The notes below the pieces were generated by a model, which worked only from the letters and a program-made list of their open reading frames with translations, was not told the origin of the DNA and searched no databases. A stretch of DNA of 36,027 bases from Acidimicrobiales bacterium (lineage in GTDB: Bacteria; Actinomycetota; Acidimicrobiia; Acidimicrobiales; VFJN01), in contig DATBGF010000659.1 of the NCBI GenBank assembly GCA_036558145.1, forward strand, positions 1-36,027, given 5' to 3'. Below are positions 15,691 through 23,837 of this stretch, in pieces. Each line of letters starts with the position of its first letter. The stretch's first letter is position 1. The position numbers and the translations under genes were made by a program.

Positions 15691-17055
15691 TCAGGCCGAG
15701 AGCCGGGAGCGGACGGCGGGCCAGCCCGGGAGGGCCCGGACCGGGGCCAGGTCGGGCTCGCCGTCCAGCAGGCCGGGGGCACGGAATCCGGCGTCCACCG
15801 CCGCCTCCACCCAGCGCAGGGCCTCGTCGGGGCTGCCGGCGCGGGCCCACGAGCACGCCACCTCGAACGCGGTCTGGGCGGGGCTCTGGGGCCCGGCCGC
15901 GAACACCTGCTCACCGACCTCGGCCGCGGCCCGGAAGCGCTCCGCGTAGTGCAGGTGGGTCTGCAGCCCGCTGGCCGCCTCCACGCCCGCACGGCCCGCG
16001 GCGCACAGCCTCGCCGCCACCGGGACGGCGCGGCCCGAGTCGGCCAGCAGCGTGGCCGGCACCAGGTTGGGCGGACCGGCGGGCTCGGCCCGGTAGGCGT
16101 TCTCGAACAGGTCGTCGGACATCTCCACCGGCCCGGTGGCCAGGGCGATGCTGGCCCGCAGGAAGACGTTCCCGCCGTCGCCGGCCTGGCGCATGATCGA
16201 CGCGGCCCGGCCGCCGTCGCCGGAGCGCAGGGCGTTCCAGGCCCGTGTCTCGGCCTCGGCCATCGACAGCCGGGGCGTGAGGTCGGGGATCGCCTCCTGC
16301 GAGCCGACCACGGCCAGGTTGGCCCGGCTGCGCCGCCGGGGCGCGCGGCCGCCCCGGCCGGCCGCGTCGGGGGCGTCGACGTCGAACGTGCCGGTGTTCT
16401 GGTCCTCGCGCAGGTCGCGGTAGTTGAGGAACGCGAACAGGCCGAAGTACATGAGCCCGATCAGCCCGAACATCCCGGACCGGAACACCACGAAGGCGGC
16501 GATGATGGCGGCGCCGATCGACAGCTGGCAGGCCATGCGGAAGCCGAACAGCGTCTCGGCCACATGGCCGCCGTCCAGCGGCCGGATCGGCAGGAGGTTG
16601 AACACCCCCCACCAGACGCTGACGAAGTACAGCAGGTACAGCACCGGCCACCAGCTGAAGCTGCCGTCGCCGAACGACCAGAGGATGTGCTCCCGCCGCC
16701 CCCACTCGCTGTGCAGGGCCACGTAGGCGGGCACGCCGAGCAGCAGGATCTGGGTCAAGGCGCCGGACAGGCTGACGGCGATCGACTTGGGCTTGGACAG
16801 CACCTGGCGACCGCCGCCCTGGGGCACGGTGAAGCCGCCGAAGCCGTGCAGCACGATGGCCGAGCGCTGGCCCAGGATCCGGTAGGTGAAGGCGTGGCCC
16901 AGCTCGTGGATCAGCACGGACACGAACGCGATGGCCACGAAGGCGAACACCAGCCACAGCGGTTCCAGCCGGATCCCGAACAGCGCGACCACGATGAAGA
17001 AGAAGGGCTCGATGCGGATCGGGATGCCGAGAATGCGGAAATGAGCCCTGGCCAC
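15691..17055 (-). CDS. M50-family site-2 metalloprotease with about 230-aa C-terminal helical (TPR-like) extension
   Basis: HELGH zinc motif (VLIHELGHAF), NLLPIRPLDGGH, and multiple TM helices in the first 215 aa or so. The soluble Ala-rich C-terminal half has no motif I recognise. GTG start at 17055. Confidence 0.85.
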   Translation of the reverse strand: MARAHFRILGIPIRIEPFFFIVVALFGIRLEPLWLVFAFVAIAFVSVLIHELGHAFTYRILGQRSAIVLHGFGGFTVPQGGGRQVLSKPKSIAVSLSGALTQILLLGVPAYVALHSEWGRREHILWSFGDGSFSWWPVLYLLYFVSVWWGVFNLLPIRPLDGGHVAETLFGFRMACQLSIGAAIIAAFVVFRSGMFGLIGLMYFGLFAFLNYRDLREDQNTGTFDVDAPDAAGRGGRAPRRRSRANLAVVGSQEAIPDLTPRLSMAEAETRAWNALRSGDGGRAASIMRQAGDGGNVFLRASIALATGPVEMSDDLFENAYRAEPAGPPNLVPATLLADSGRAVPVAARLCAAGRAGVEAASGLQTHLHYAERFRAAAEVGEQVFAAGPQSPAQTAFEVACSWARAGSPDEALRWVEAAVDAGFRAPGLLDGEPDLAPVRALPGWPAVRSRLSA

Positions 17056-17062
17056 GGACCGC

Positions 17063-17068
17063 AGCGTA
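17063..17068 (-). promoter_or_regulatory. -10-like hexamer TACGCT (minus strand), 7 nt upstream of GTG 17055 (M50 protease)
   Basis: TANNNT match read directly. Confidence 0.4.
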
Positions 17069-17138
17069 GGCGCTCAGGGGGCGGCCCCGGCCATCTGCCC
17101 CGGCCCGCCCGGATTCCGGAAGCGCCGCCGGGCACCCG

Positions 17139-17144
17139 TACGAT
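17139..17144 (+). promoter_or_regulatory. -10-like hexamer TACGAT, 8 nt upstream of ATG 17153 (menG)
   Basis: TANNNT match read directly. Confidence 0.4.
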
Positions 17145-17152
17145 GCCCAGGG

Positions 17153-17857
17153 ATGGCCCGCTTCTCGATGCCCGACTCGCTGCCCCAGGGGGACGAGAAG
17201 GCCACCGCCGTGCGCAGCATGTTCGACGCCATCGCGCCCCGGTACGACCTGGTCAACCGCATCATGACGTTCCGCCTGGACGTGCGCTGGCGGCGGCTCA
17301 CCGTGCGGTCGCTGACGCTGCGCCCGGGCTCGACCGTGCTCGACCTGGCCTGCGGGACCGGCGACCTGTGCCGGGAGCTGCAGGCGTCCGGGCTCATGCC
17401 ACGGGGCGTCGACCTGTCGTTCGGCATGCTGGCCGCGGCCCGCACCGCGGCCCCGCTGGTCCAGGGCGACGCGCTGCGGCTGCCGGTGCGGGACGGCGCC
17501 ATCGACGGGGTCACCTGCGGCTTCGCCCTGCGCAACCTGGTGGACCTGGACCCCCTGTGGGACGAGCTGGCCCGCGTCGTGCGACCCGGGGGCCGCATCG
17601 CCCTGCTGGAGGTGGCGACCCCGCCCAACCCGATCCTGCGCTGGGGCCACGGCGTCTACTTCGGCAAGGTGGTGCCCTGGATCGGCGGCCTGCTGTCGGA
17701 CCCCGCCGCCTACCGCTACCTGCCCCGCTCGGTGGCCTACCTCCCCCCGCCGGAGGACATGCTGGCCCAGATCACGGCCGCGGGCTTCTCCGATGTCGAC
17801 CGCCGCCTGCTCTCAGGCGGCATCGCCCAGCTGATCACCGGGACCCGCACCCCATGA
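17153..17857 (+). CDS. menG: Demethylmenaquinone methyltransferase (UbiE/MenG family)
   Basis: Motifs: VRSMFDAIAPRYDLVNRIMTF, SAM motif VLDLACGTGD, FALRNLVD and PAAYRYLPRS. Confidence 0.9.
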   Translation: MARFSMPDSLPQGDEKATAVRSMFDAIAPRYDLVNRIMTFRLDVRWRRLTVRSLTLRPGSTVLDLACGTGDLCRELQASGLMPRGVDLSFGMLAAARTAAPLVQGDALRLPVRDGAIDGVTCGFALRNLVDLDPLWDELARVVRPGGRIALLEVATPPNPILRWGHGVYFGKVVPWIGGLLSDPAAYRYLPRSVAYLPPPEDMLAQITAAGFSDVDRRLLSGGIAQLITGTRTP

Positions 17858-19098
17858 CCGGCTCCGGCACCCTGGTGGCCCGCACCCGCCGGCTGGACGC
17901 CGACGTCGACCTGGTCGCCTTCGCGGGCGCCGACGGCTTCGTGTTCGAGAAGGGCCGCTCCGGCCTCGCCGGCCGCGGCGAGGCCCTGGCGCTGGACTGG
18001 CCGGCCGGCGACCCGCCCGCCGCCGCCCGCGCCGTCGCGGCGGCACTGGCCGCGATCGAGTCGGACGACGAGGTGCGCGTGCCCGGGACCGGCGCGGTCG
18101 CGTTCGGCGCCCTGCCCTTCGTCCCCGGCTCCGCCACCACGTTGGTCGTCCCCGAGGTGATCGTGGGCCGCGCCGAAGACGGGACCCGCTGGATCACCCA
18201 GGTGATGCCCGACGAGGCCCGCGACCGAGGCCCCGGCGAGGTCGCCCTGGTCGGGCCGCGTCATGCCGGTCCCCAACCAACCCGCTACACGGTGACCTCG
18301 CAGGTCCCTCCCGAAACGTGGTGCGACCTGGTGGAGCGCGCCACGAAGGTCATGACCGGCGGCGCGTTCGACAAGGTCGTCCTGGCGCGCCAGATCGACG
18401 TCACGACCGACCACCCGATCGACCGCCAGGCCGTGCTGGAGCGATTGAGGACTGCCTACCCCGGCTGCCACATCGTCGGGATCGGGAACTTCCTGGCCGC
18501 CAGCCCCGAGCTCCTCGTCTCGGTCACCGGCGACGTCGTCCGCTCCCACCCGATGGCCGGCACCGCCCCTCGCGGCGGCGACCCGGCCACCGACCAGCGC
18601 CTCGCGGCCTCCCTGCTCGCCTCCACCAAGGACCGCCAGGAGCACCAGGTCACGATCGACATGGTCCACGACACGCTCCTCGGCTGGTGCTCCTACGTCG
18701 ACTACGAGGCGGAGCCCTCGGTGGTGGCCGTGGCCAACGTGCAGCACCTGGCCACGCTGGTGGAGGGCCGCCTGTCCCGCCCGACGCCCTCGGTGCTGGA
18801 GCTGGTGGCGGCGCTGCACCCCACCCCGGCCGTGGCCGGCTGGCCCCGGGAGGACGCGGTCCGCTGGATCGGCGAGCACGAGGGCATCGACCGGGGCCGC
18901 TACGCGGGCACCTGCGGCTGGGTGGACGCGGCCGGCAACGGCACCTGGGCGGTGTCCGTGCGCTGCGCCGAGATCTCGGGCGACCGGGCGCGCGTCTTCG
19001 CCGGCAACGGCATCGTGCCCGACTCCGACCCGCCCACCGAGCTGGCCGAGACCCGGGCCAAGCTGGGCGCCCTGCTGAACGCCCTGGTCCGGCCCTAG
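17854..19098 (+). CDS. menF: Isochorismate synthase (menaquinone-specific)
   Basis: Chorismate-binding C-terminal domain with SPELLVS, HPMAGTAPRG, LHPTPAVAG, GRYAGTCGW and AGNGIVPDSDP. The ATG overlaps the menG stop (ATGA at 17854-17857). Confidence 0.85.
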   Translation: MTGSGTLVARTRRLDADVDLVAFAGADGFVFEKGRSGLAGRGEALALDWPAGDPPAAARAVAAALAAIESDDEVRVPGTGAVAFGALPFVPGSATTLVVPEVIVGRAEDGTRWITQVMPDEARDRGPGEVALVGPRHAGPQPTRYTVTSQVPPETWCDLVERATKVMTGGAFDKVVLARQIDVTTDHPIDRQAVLERLRTAYPGCHIVGIGNFLAASPELLVSVTGDVVRSHPMAGTAPRGGDPATDQRLAASLLASTKDRQEHQVTIDMVHDTLLGWCSYVDYEAEPSVVAVANVQHLATLVEGRLSRPTPSVLELVAALHPTPAVAGWPREDAVRWIGEHEGIDRGRYAGTCGWVDAAGNGTWAVSVRCAEISGDRARVFAGNGIVPDSDPPTELAETRAKLGALLNALVRP

Positions 19099-20804
19099 GT
19101 CCCGAGCGCGGCCTCGACCGCGGCCGCCATGGCCTCGTCGAGGCGGCGGTGGACGGCCACGTTGGCGGCCCGGTCGGTGGGCACCACGAGGACCCGCACG
19201 CCGCCGTCAGCGACCGCGCGGCTCACGGCGGTGGCGACGTCCTCGCCGGGTGGCAGCCGGCGGGCGTCCACGCCGTAGGCGGACGCCAGCGCCACCAGGT
19301 CGATGCCGTGGGGCGTGCCGAACAGCATCTCGAAGCGCTCCTGTGGCAGCGCGGTGGCCTGGGGCAGGAACGAGAAGATGCCACCCCCGTCGTTGTCCAC
19401 GACCACGCACATCAGGTCGGCATTCCGGGCCGCCGCCCCCAGCAGCCCGTTGCTGTCGTGGAGCAGCGCGATGTCGCCCACCAGCAGGGCGGTCGGGGCC
19501 GCCGACCCCAGCGCCACGCCCAGGGCGGTGGACACGACGCCGTCGATCCCGTTCGCGCCCCGGTTGGCGAGGGTGGTGAGGCCGGACCGGGGGGCGGCGT
19601 AGCGCTCCACGTCCCGGATCGGCATCGACGACGAGATCACCAGCCGGGCGCCGTCCGGCAGCGCCGCGGCGACGGCCCGGGCCACCCCGGGCTCGGTGGC
19701 GCTCGCCTCGCCGTCGAGCTCGTCCGCCAGGGCCTTGGCCGCCGCGGTCGAGGCGGCCTGCCAGGCGTCGAGCCAGCCTTCGTTGCCCGGCTCGCCCGCC
19801 GCCCGGCACGCGGCCTCCAGGAAGGGGGTCGGGTCGTCGGCGGACAGCAGCGCGGCCGTGCCCGCCGGGTCGGACCAGGCCGGCGCGCCGAGCACGATCT
19901 CGGGTGCCCCCGACGCGGCCAGCCACTCGTTCACCACCCGGGACGAGCCCGGCGCCCCCAGGCGCACGATCACGTCGGGCCTCAGCGTCGCGGCGGCGCG
20001 CGGCGAGCGCAGGATGGCGTCGAGGTGGCTCACGGCGGTGCCGGCCGGGATCCAGGCCGCCGAGCGGGGCTCGGCCACGACCGGCCAACCCCGGGCCGCG
20101 GCTGCGGCGTGGACCAGTCCGCCGTCCAGGCCGGGGACGGCGCCTGCCACCACCAGGACCCGCTGCGTGGAGGCCGGCAGCTCGACTCCGGCCGCGGTCG
20201 CGATCTGGCCGGGCCGGCGGGCCCAGGCGCCGCCGTCGCGGGCCGGGGGCAGGGGGCCGGGCGTGCCCACCAGCGGCTCCCGGAACGGCAGGTTCAGCTG
20301 GACCGGGCCGGCGGGCGGTCCCACCGCCGCGGCGTAGGCCCGGGCCGCCAGCGGGCGCCAGCGATCGGCTCCGGACGCGTCGGGGACCCCGGGGTCGCCG
20401 AACCAGCGCACCGAGCGGCCGTAGAGGTGGATCTGGTCGATGGCCTGCGGCGCGCCCACGTCCCGCAGCTCCGGGGGCCGGTCGGCCGTGCAGGCCAGCA
20501 GCGGCACGCCGGCCAGGTCCGCCTCCACGACGGCGGGGTGCAGCTCGGCGGCGGCGGTGCCGCTGGTGGTCAGGACCACGGCCGGCCGCCCGGTGGCCAG
20601 TCCCAGCCCCAGGGCCAGGAACCCGGCCGAGCGCTCGTCGTGCTGCACGTGCAGCCGCACGCCGGGGTGTCCGGCCAGGGCCAGGGCCAGCGGGGTCGAG
20701 CGCGAGCCGGGGCACACCACCGCGTCGGTGAGGCCGTCGCGGACCCACTCGTCCACGAGCGTGGCCGTGAAGGTCGCCTGCAGGTCGGAGGGCGTCGCAT
20801 CCAT
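19095..20804 (-). CDS. menD: 2-succinyl-5-enolpyruvyl-6-hydroxy-3-cyclohexene-1-carboxylate (SEPHCHC) synthase
   Basis: ThDP-enzyme motifs: VVCPGSRSTPLALA, DERSAGFLALGL, TSGTAAAELHPAV, ADRPPELR and NRGANGIDG. Its stop shares the tetranucleotide CTAG (19095-19098) with the menF stop. Confidence 0.95.
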   Translation of the reverse strand: MDATPSDLQATFTATLVDEWVRDGLTDAVVCPGSRSTPLALALAGHPGVRLHVQHDERSAGFLALGLGLATGRPAVVLTTSGTAAAELHPAVVEADLAGVPLLACTADRPPELRDVGAPQAIDQIHLYGRSVRWFGDPGVPDASGADRWRPLAARAYAAAVGPPAGPVQLNLPFREPLVGTPGPLPPARDGGAWARRPGQIATAAGVELPASTQRVLVVAGAVPGLDGGLVHAAAAARGWPVVAEPRSAAWIPAGTAVSHLDAILRSPRAAATLRPDVIVRLGAPGSSRVVNEWLAASGAPEIVLGAPAWSDPAGTAALLSADDPTPFLEAACRAAGEPGNEGWLDAWQAASTAAAKALADELDGEASATEPGVARAVAAALPDGARLVISSSMPIRDVERYAAPRSGLTTLANRGANGIDGVVSTALGVALGSAAPTALLVGDIALLHDSNGLLGAAARNADLMCVVVDNDGGGIFSFLPQATALPQERFEMLFGTPHGIDLVALASAYGVDARRLPPGEDVATAVSRAVADGGVRVLVVPTDRAANVAVHRRLDEAMAAAVEAALGT

Positions 20805-20812
20805 GGCGCGAC

Positions 20813-20818
20813 AAGAAT
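20813..20818. promoter_or_regulatory. AT-rich island AAGAAT (ATTCTT on the complement) between or within the menD and menH starts
   Basis: This is the only AT-rich hexamer in the head-to-head region. It lies 8 nt upstream of GTG 20827 (menH alternative start). The overlapping GATTCT lies 9 nt upstream of menD ATG 20804 on the other strand. Confidence 0.3.
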
Positions 20819-20826
20819 CCCTCGCC

Positions 20827-21579
20827 GTGCGGCTTCACAGCGAACGCGACGGCGACGGACCCCCGGTGGTCCTGCTCCACGGCTTCGGCCAGACCGCCCG
20901 CTGCTGGGGGGCCCTGACGGCCGCCCTCGCCCCTCACTACGAGGTCATCCGGCTCGACGCGCCCGGCCACGGCGACACCGGCGGCGAGGGCTTCGACCTG
21001 CCCACCACGGCCGGGCTCATCGCCGAGACCGTGGGCCCTGCGGCCTACGTCGGCTACTCGATGGGCGGTCGCATGGCCCTGCAGCTGGCGGTGGACCGGC
21101 CCGACGTGGTGCAGCGGCTCGTGGTGGTGGGCGGCACGCCCGGAATCGAGGACGACGGCGAGCGGGCGTCCCGCCGCGAGGCGGACCACGCCCTGGCGCA
21201 GCGCATCCGGGACGAGGGCGTGGACGCCTTCATCCGCTACTGGCTCGACCTGCCGCTGTTCGCCGGGCTGCCCGCCGAGGCCCGCTTCGAGGAGGAGCGC
21301 CGCCGCAACACGGCCGAGGGCCTCGCCACCAGCCTGGAGCGGGCCGGCACCGGGTCCCAGGAACCGCTCTGGGACCGGCTCGACACGATCGACGTGCCCG
21401 TGCTGCTGGTGGCGGGCCAGGACGACGCCCGCTACACCGACCTCGCCTTCCGCACGAGCGCGGCCATCGGCGTCGGGACCGAGGTCAGCACGATCCCGGA
21501 CGCGGGCCACAGCGTCCACCTGGAGCAGCCGGCGCGGTTCACCGGCGCGCTGCTGCGGTGGCTGGCCTCCTGGCCGTAG
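20827..21579 (+). CDS. menH: 2-succinyl-6-hydroxy-2,4-cyclohexadiene-1-carboxylate (SHCHC) synthase, alpha/beta hydrolase
   Basis: Motifs: LLHGFGQTARCW, nucleophile elbow GYSMGG, GGTPGIEDDGERASRREADHALAQRIRDEGVDAFIRYWLDLPLFAGL (parallels the E. coli MenH lid region as I recall it) and DAGHSVHLE. The start is either GTG 20827 or ATG 20803, which overlaps the menD ATG. Confidence 0.8.
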   Translation: MRLHSERDGDGPPVVLLHGFGQTARCWGALTAALAPHYEVIRLDAPGHGDTGGEGFDLPTTAGLIAETVGPAAYVGYSMGGRMALQLAVDRPDVVQRLVVVGGTPGIEDDGERASRREADHALAQRIRDEGVDAFIRYWLDLPLFAGLPAEARFEEERRRNTAEGLATSLERAGTGSQEPLWDRLDTIDVPVLLVAGQDDARYTDLAFRTSAAIGVGTEVSTIPDAGHSVHLEQPARFTGALLRWLASWP

Positions 21580-21581
21580 GC

Positions 21582-21587
21582 GACACT
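21582..21587 (+). promoter_or_regulatory. -10-like hexamer GACACT, 7 nt upstream of ATG 21595
   Basis: A2/T6 match in the 15-nt gap after menH; no SD is present. Confidence 0.25.
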
Positions 21588-21594
21588 GCCGGGC

Positions 21595-22887
21595 ATGGCT
21601 GAGCTGTCCCGCCGAGCGTTCCTCGGCCGAGCCTCGGCGGTCGGAGGGCTGGCCGCGCTGGGGGCCTGCTCGGGCGGCGACGGGGACGGGGACCGGGAGG
21701 CCGCCCCGCGGGCGGCGGCGTTCGATCCATCGGATTGGGACTCGGTGCGGGATCAGTTCCCGCTGGACCGGGACACCGCCCAGTTCGCCGCCTTCGTGCT
21801 GGCCGCCCATCCCCGCCCGGTGGCCGAGGCCATCGAGCGCCACCGGGCCGGCCTCGACGCCGACACCCACGGCTACCTCGGCGCCACCGAGGCGGACGCC
21901 GACACCGCCGTGCGCGAGGCCGCGGCCGACTACCTCGGGGCCGCACCGGACGACATCGCCCTCACCGACAGCACGACCCAGGGCCTCGGCCTGCTCTACG
22001 GCGGTGTGCGCCTCGCCCCCGGCGAGGAGGTCCTCACCACCGAGCACGACTTCTACTCCACCCACCAGGCCCTGGCGCTGCGGGCCCGCCGCGACGGCGT
22101 CACGGTCCGCCGCGTGCGGCTCTACGACGACCCGGCCTCGGCCTCGGTGGACGAGATCGTCTCCCGGCTGGTCGCCGGCGTCACGCCGGCCACCCGGGTC
22201 GTGGCCGTGACCTGGGTGCACTCGGGCACCGGGGTGCGCCTCCCGATCCCCGAGATGGCCGGCGCGCTGGGGGACGGGCCGCTGCTGTGCGTGGACGCAG
22301 TGCACGGCCTCGGCGTCGAGGACGTCACCGTCGCCGACCTCGGCTGCGACGTGCTGGTGGCGGGCACCCACAAGTGGCTGTTCGGGCCGCGGGGCACGGG
22401 CATCGTCTGGGCCCGCCCCCAGGCATGGGCGGAGATCGCGCCCACCATCCCGCCCTTCGAGGCGTCCGGGTTCGGCGAGTGGCGCAACGGCCTGCCGCCG
22501 GAGCCCACCAACGGGCCCCGGTTCACGCCCGGCGGCTACCACAGCTTCGAGCACCGCTGGGCGCTGGCCGAGGCCTTCCGCTTCCACCAGGACGTGGGCA
22601 AGGACCGCGTGGCCGAGCGGACCCACGCCCAGGCGGCCCGGCTCAAGGAGGGCCTGGCCGAGGTTCCGGGTGTCACGGTCGTGACCCCGCCGGGCGACGA
22701 CCTCTCGGCCGGCATCGTCTGCTTCGACGTGGCCGGCACCGCCCCCGCCGACGTGGTCGGGCGCCTGGCCGGGGCCGGGTTCGCCACCAGCGTCACGCCC
22801 TACGCGACCGAGCACGTGCGCGCCGGCCCCAGCATCGTGACGACGCCCGACGAGGTCGACGCCCTGGTGGAGGAGCTACGGGGCTGA
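21595..22887 (+). CDS. Class-V aminotransferase-fold PLP-dependent enzyme with twin-arginine signal and lipobox (predicted exported lipoprotein)
   Basis: N-terminus MAELSRRAFLGRASAVGGLAALGACSGG gives a Tat motif SRRAFL plus a hydrophobic region plus an LGAC lipobox-like Cys. The PLP-lysine context is AGTHKWLFGPRG. Fold-type I blocks include TDSTTQGL and VTWVHSGTG. Confidence 0.8.
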   Translation: MAELSRRAFLGRASAVGGLAALGACSGGDGDGDREAAPRAAAFDPSDWDSVRDQFPLDRDTAQFAAFVLAAHPRPVAEAIERHRAGLDADTHGYLGATEADADTAVREAAADYLGAAPDDIALTDSTTQGLGLLYGGVRLAPGEEVLTTEHDFYSTHQALALRARRDGVTVRRVRLYDDPASASVDEIVSRLVAGVTPATRVVAVTWVHSGTGVRLPIPEMAGALGDGPLLCVDAVHGLGVEDVTVADLGCDVLVAGTHKWLFGPRGTGIVWARPQAWAEIAPTIPPFEASGFGEWRNGLPPEPTNGPRFTPGGYHSFEHRWALAEAFRFHQDVGKDRVAERTHAQAARLKEGLAEVPGVTVVTPPGDDLSAGIVCFDVAGTAPADVVGRLAGAGFATSVTPYATEHVRAGPSIVTTPDEVDALVEELRG

Positions 22888-23796
22888 GATCCAGAGCCCG
22901 GCGGCCAGCAGCGTCCCGAAGATCAGCTGGATCTGCCCGGTGGCGCCCAGCACCGGGATGAGCGCCCCGCCCCGGGCGCCGCTCAGCACCTCGATGACCG
23001 GCTTGCGGGCCAGCGGCACCGCGGCCAGCGCGGCGATGGCCGCCGGCCGGTTCCCGAGGCCGGCGATCAGCGGGATCATCACGACCGCCCCCACCAGCAG
23101 GGTCACGTACATCACGCGGGTGCCCCGGTCGCCCAGCCGGACCGCCAGCGTGCGCTTGCCCGAGGCGGTGTCGCCCGGGATGTCCCGCAGGTTGTTGACC
23201 ACCAGCAGGGCGGTGGCCAGGAACCCGACGGGGATGCTGGCCGTCACCGCCAGCAGCGCCACCGACTCCTGCTGCACGTACTGGGACCCGACGGTGGCCA
23301 CCACGCCGAAGAACACGAACACGAAGAGCTCGCCCAGGCCCAGGTAGCCGTAGGGGTGCTTGCCCCCGGTGTAGAACCAGCCCGCCGCGATGGCCGCCGC
23401 CCCCACCACCAGCAGCTCGGGGCCCACCGCCACGGCCAGGGCCAGGCCCGCCACCCCCGCGACCCCGAAGGCGATGAGCGCGGCCCGCTTGACCGCGCCG
23501 GGCGACCGCAGCCCCGAGCCCACGAGCCGCACGGGACCGACCCGGCGCTCGCCGCTGTCGGTGCCCCGCACGCCGTCGCTGTAGTCGTTGGCGTAGTTGG
23601 TGCCCACCTGGAGGGCGAGCGCGACGATCCCGGCCGCCACGGCCCGCCAGGCGATGATGTCGACCCGCCCGGTGGCGCACGCGGTGCCCACGAGCACCGG
23701 GACCACGGCCGCCGGCAGCGTGCGGGGACGGGCCCCCGCCACCCAGTCCTGCCAGGCCTGGTCCGGGCGCGGGACGGCGGCAGGAGCATCGGCCAT
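22876..23796 (-). CDS. menA: 1,4-dihydroxy-2-naphthoate polyprenyltransferase (UbiA family)
   Basis: 306 aa, polytopic. Asp-rich motifs NYANDYSDGVRG and NNLRDIPGDTASGKRTLAV. Only the C-terminal part of ORF-track entry 22876..26394 is real; the start is ATG 23796. Confidence 0.9.
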   Translation of the reverse strand: MADAPAAVPRPDQAWQDWVAGARPRTLPAAVVPVLVGTACATGRVDIIAWRAVAAGIVALALQVGTNYANDYSDGVRGTDSGERRVGPVRLVGSGLRSPGAVKRAALIAFGVAGVAGLALAVAVGPELLVVGAAAIAAGWFYTGGKHPYGYLGLGELFVFVFFGVVATVGSQYVQQESVALLAVTASIPVGFLATALLVVNNLRDIPGDTASGKRTLAVRLGDRGTRVMYVTLLVGAVVMIPLIAGLGNRPAAIAALAAVPLARKPVIEVLSGARGGALIPVLGATGQIQLIFGTLLAAGLWISAP

Positions 23797-23813
23797 GCGC
23801 AAGGTTGGCACGC

Positions 23814-23825
23814 GGCCCGCGGGCC
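23814..23825 (-). terminator. 12-bp GC palindrome ggcccgcgggcc, 12 nt downstream of the SDR stop
   Basis: Read directly. It is a short stem without a U-tract, so a weak candidate. Confidence 0.25.
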
Positions 23826-23837
23826 GGCCCAACGCCT

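Noticed and set aside
13328-15992. 873-aa plus-strand and 870-aa minus-strand ORFs covering rlmN through the MaoC gene
   Set aside because: Same artefact. rlmN, the nucleotidyltransferase and the MaoC gene account for the region with strong motifs.
15949-19098. 1049-aa plus-strand ORF
   Set aside because: Only the last 414 codons (menF, from ATG 17854) are credible. The upstream part is antisense to the M50 protease and out of frame with menG.
18318-22815. Very long ORFs (1094 aa on the plus strand at 18318..21602; 1202 aa on the minus strand at 19207..22815) spanning the men genes
   Set aside because: Both cut across several well-supported genes in other frames or strands, and translate to Arg/Gly/Pro-rich sequence with no motifs. 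They are GC-driven artefacts.
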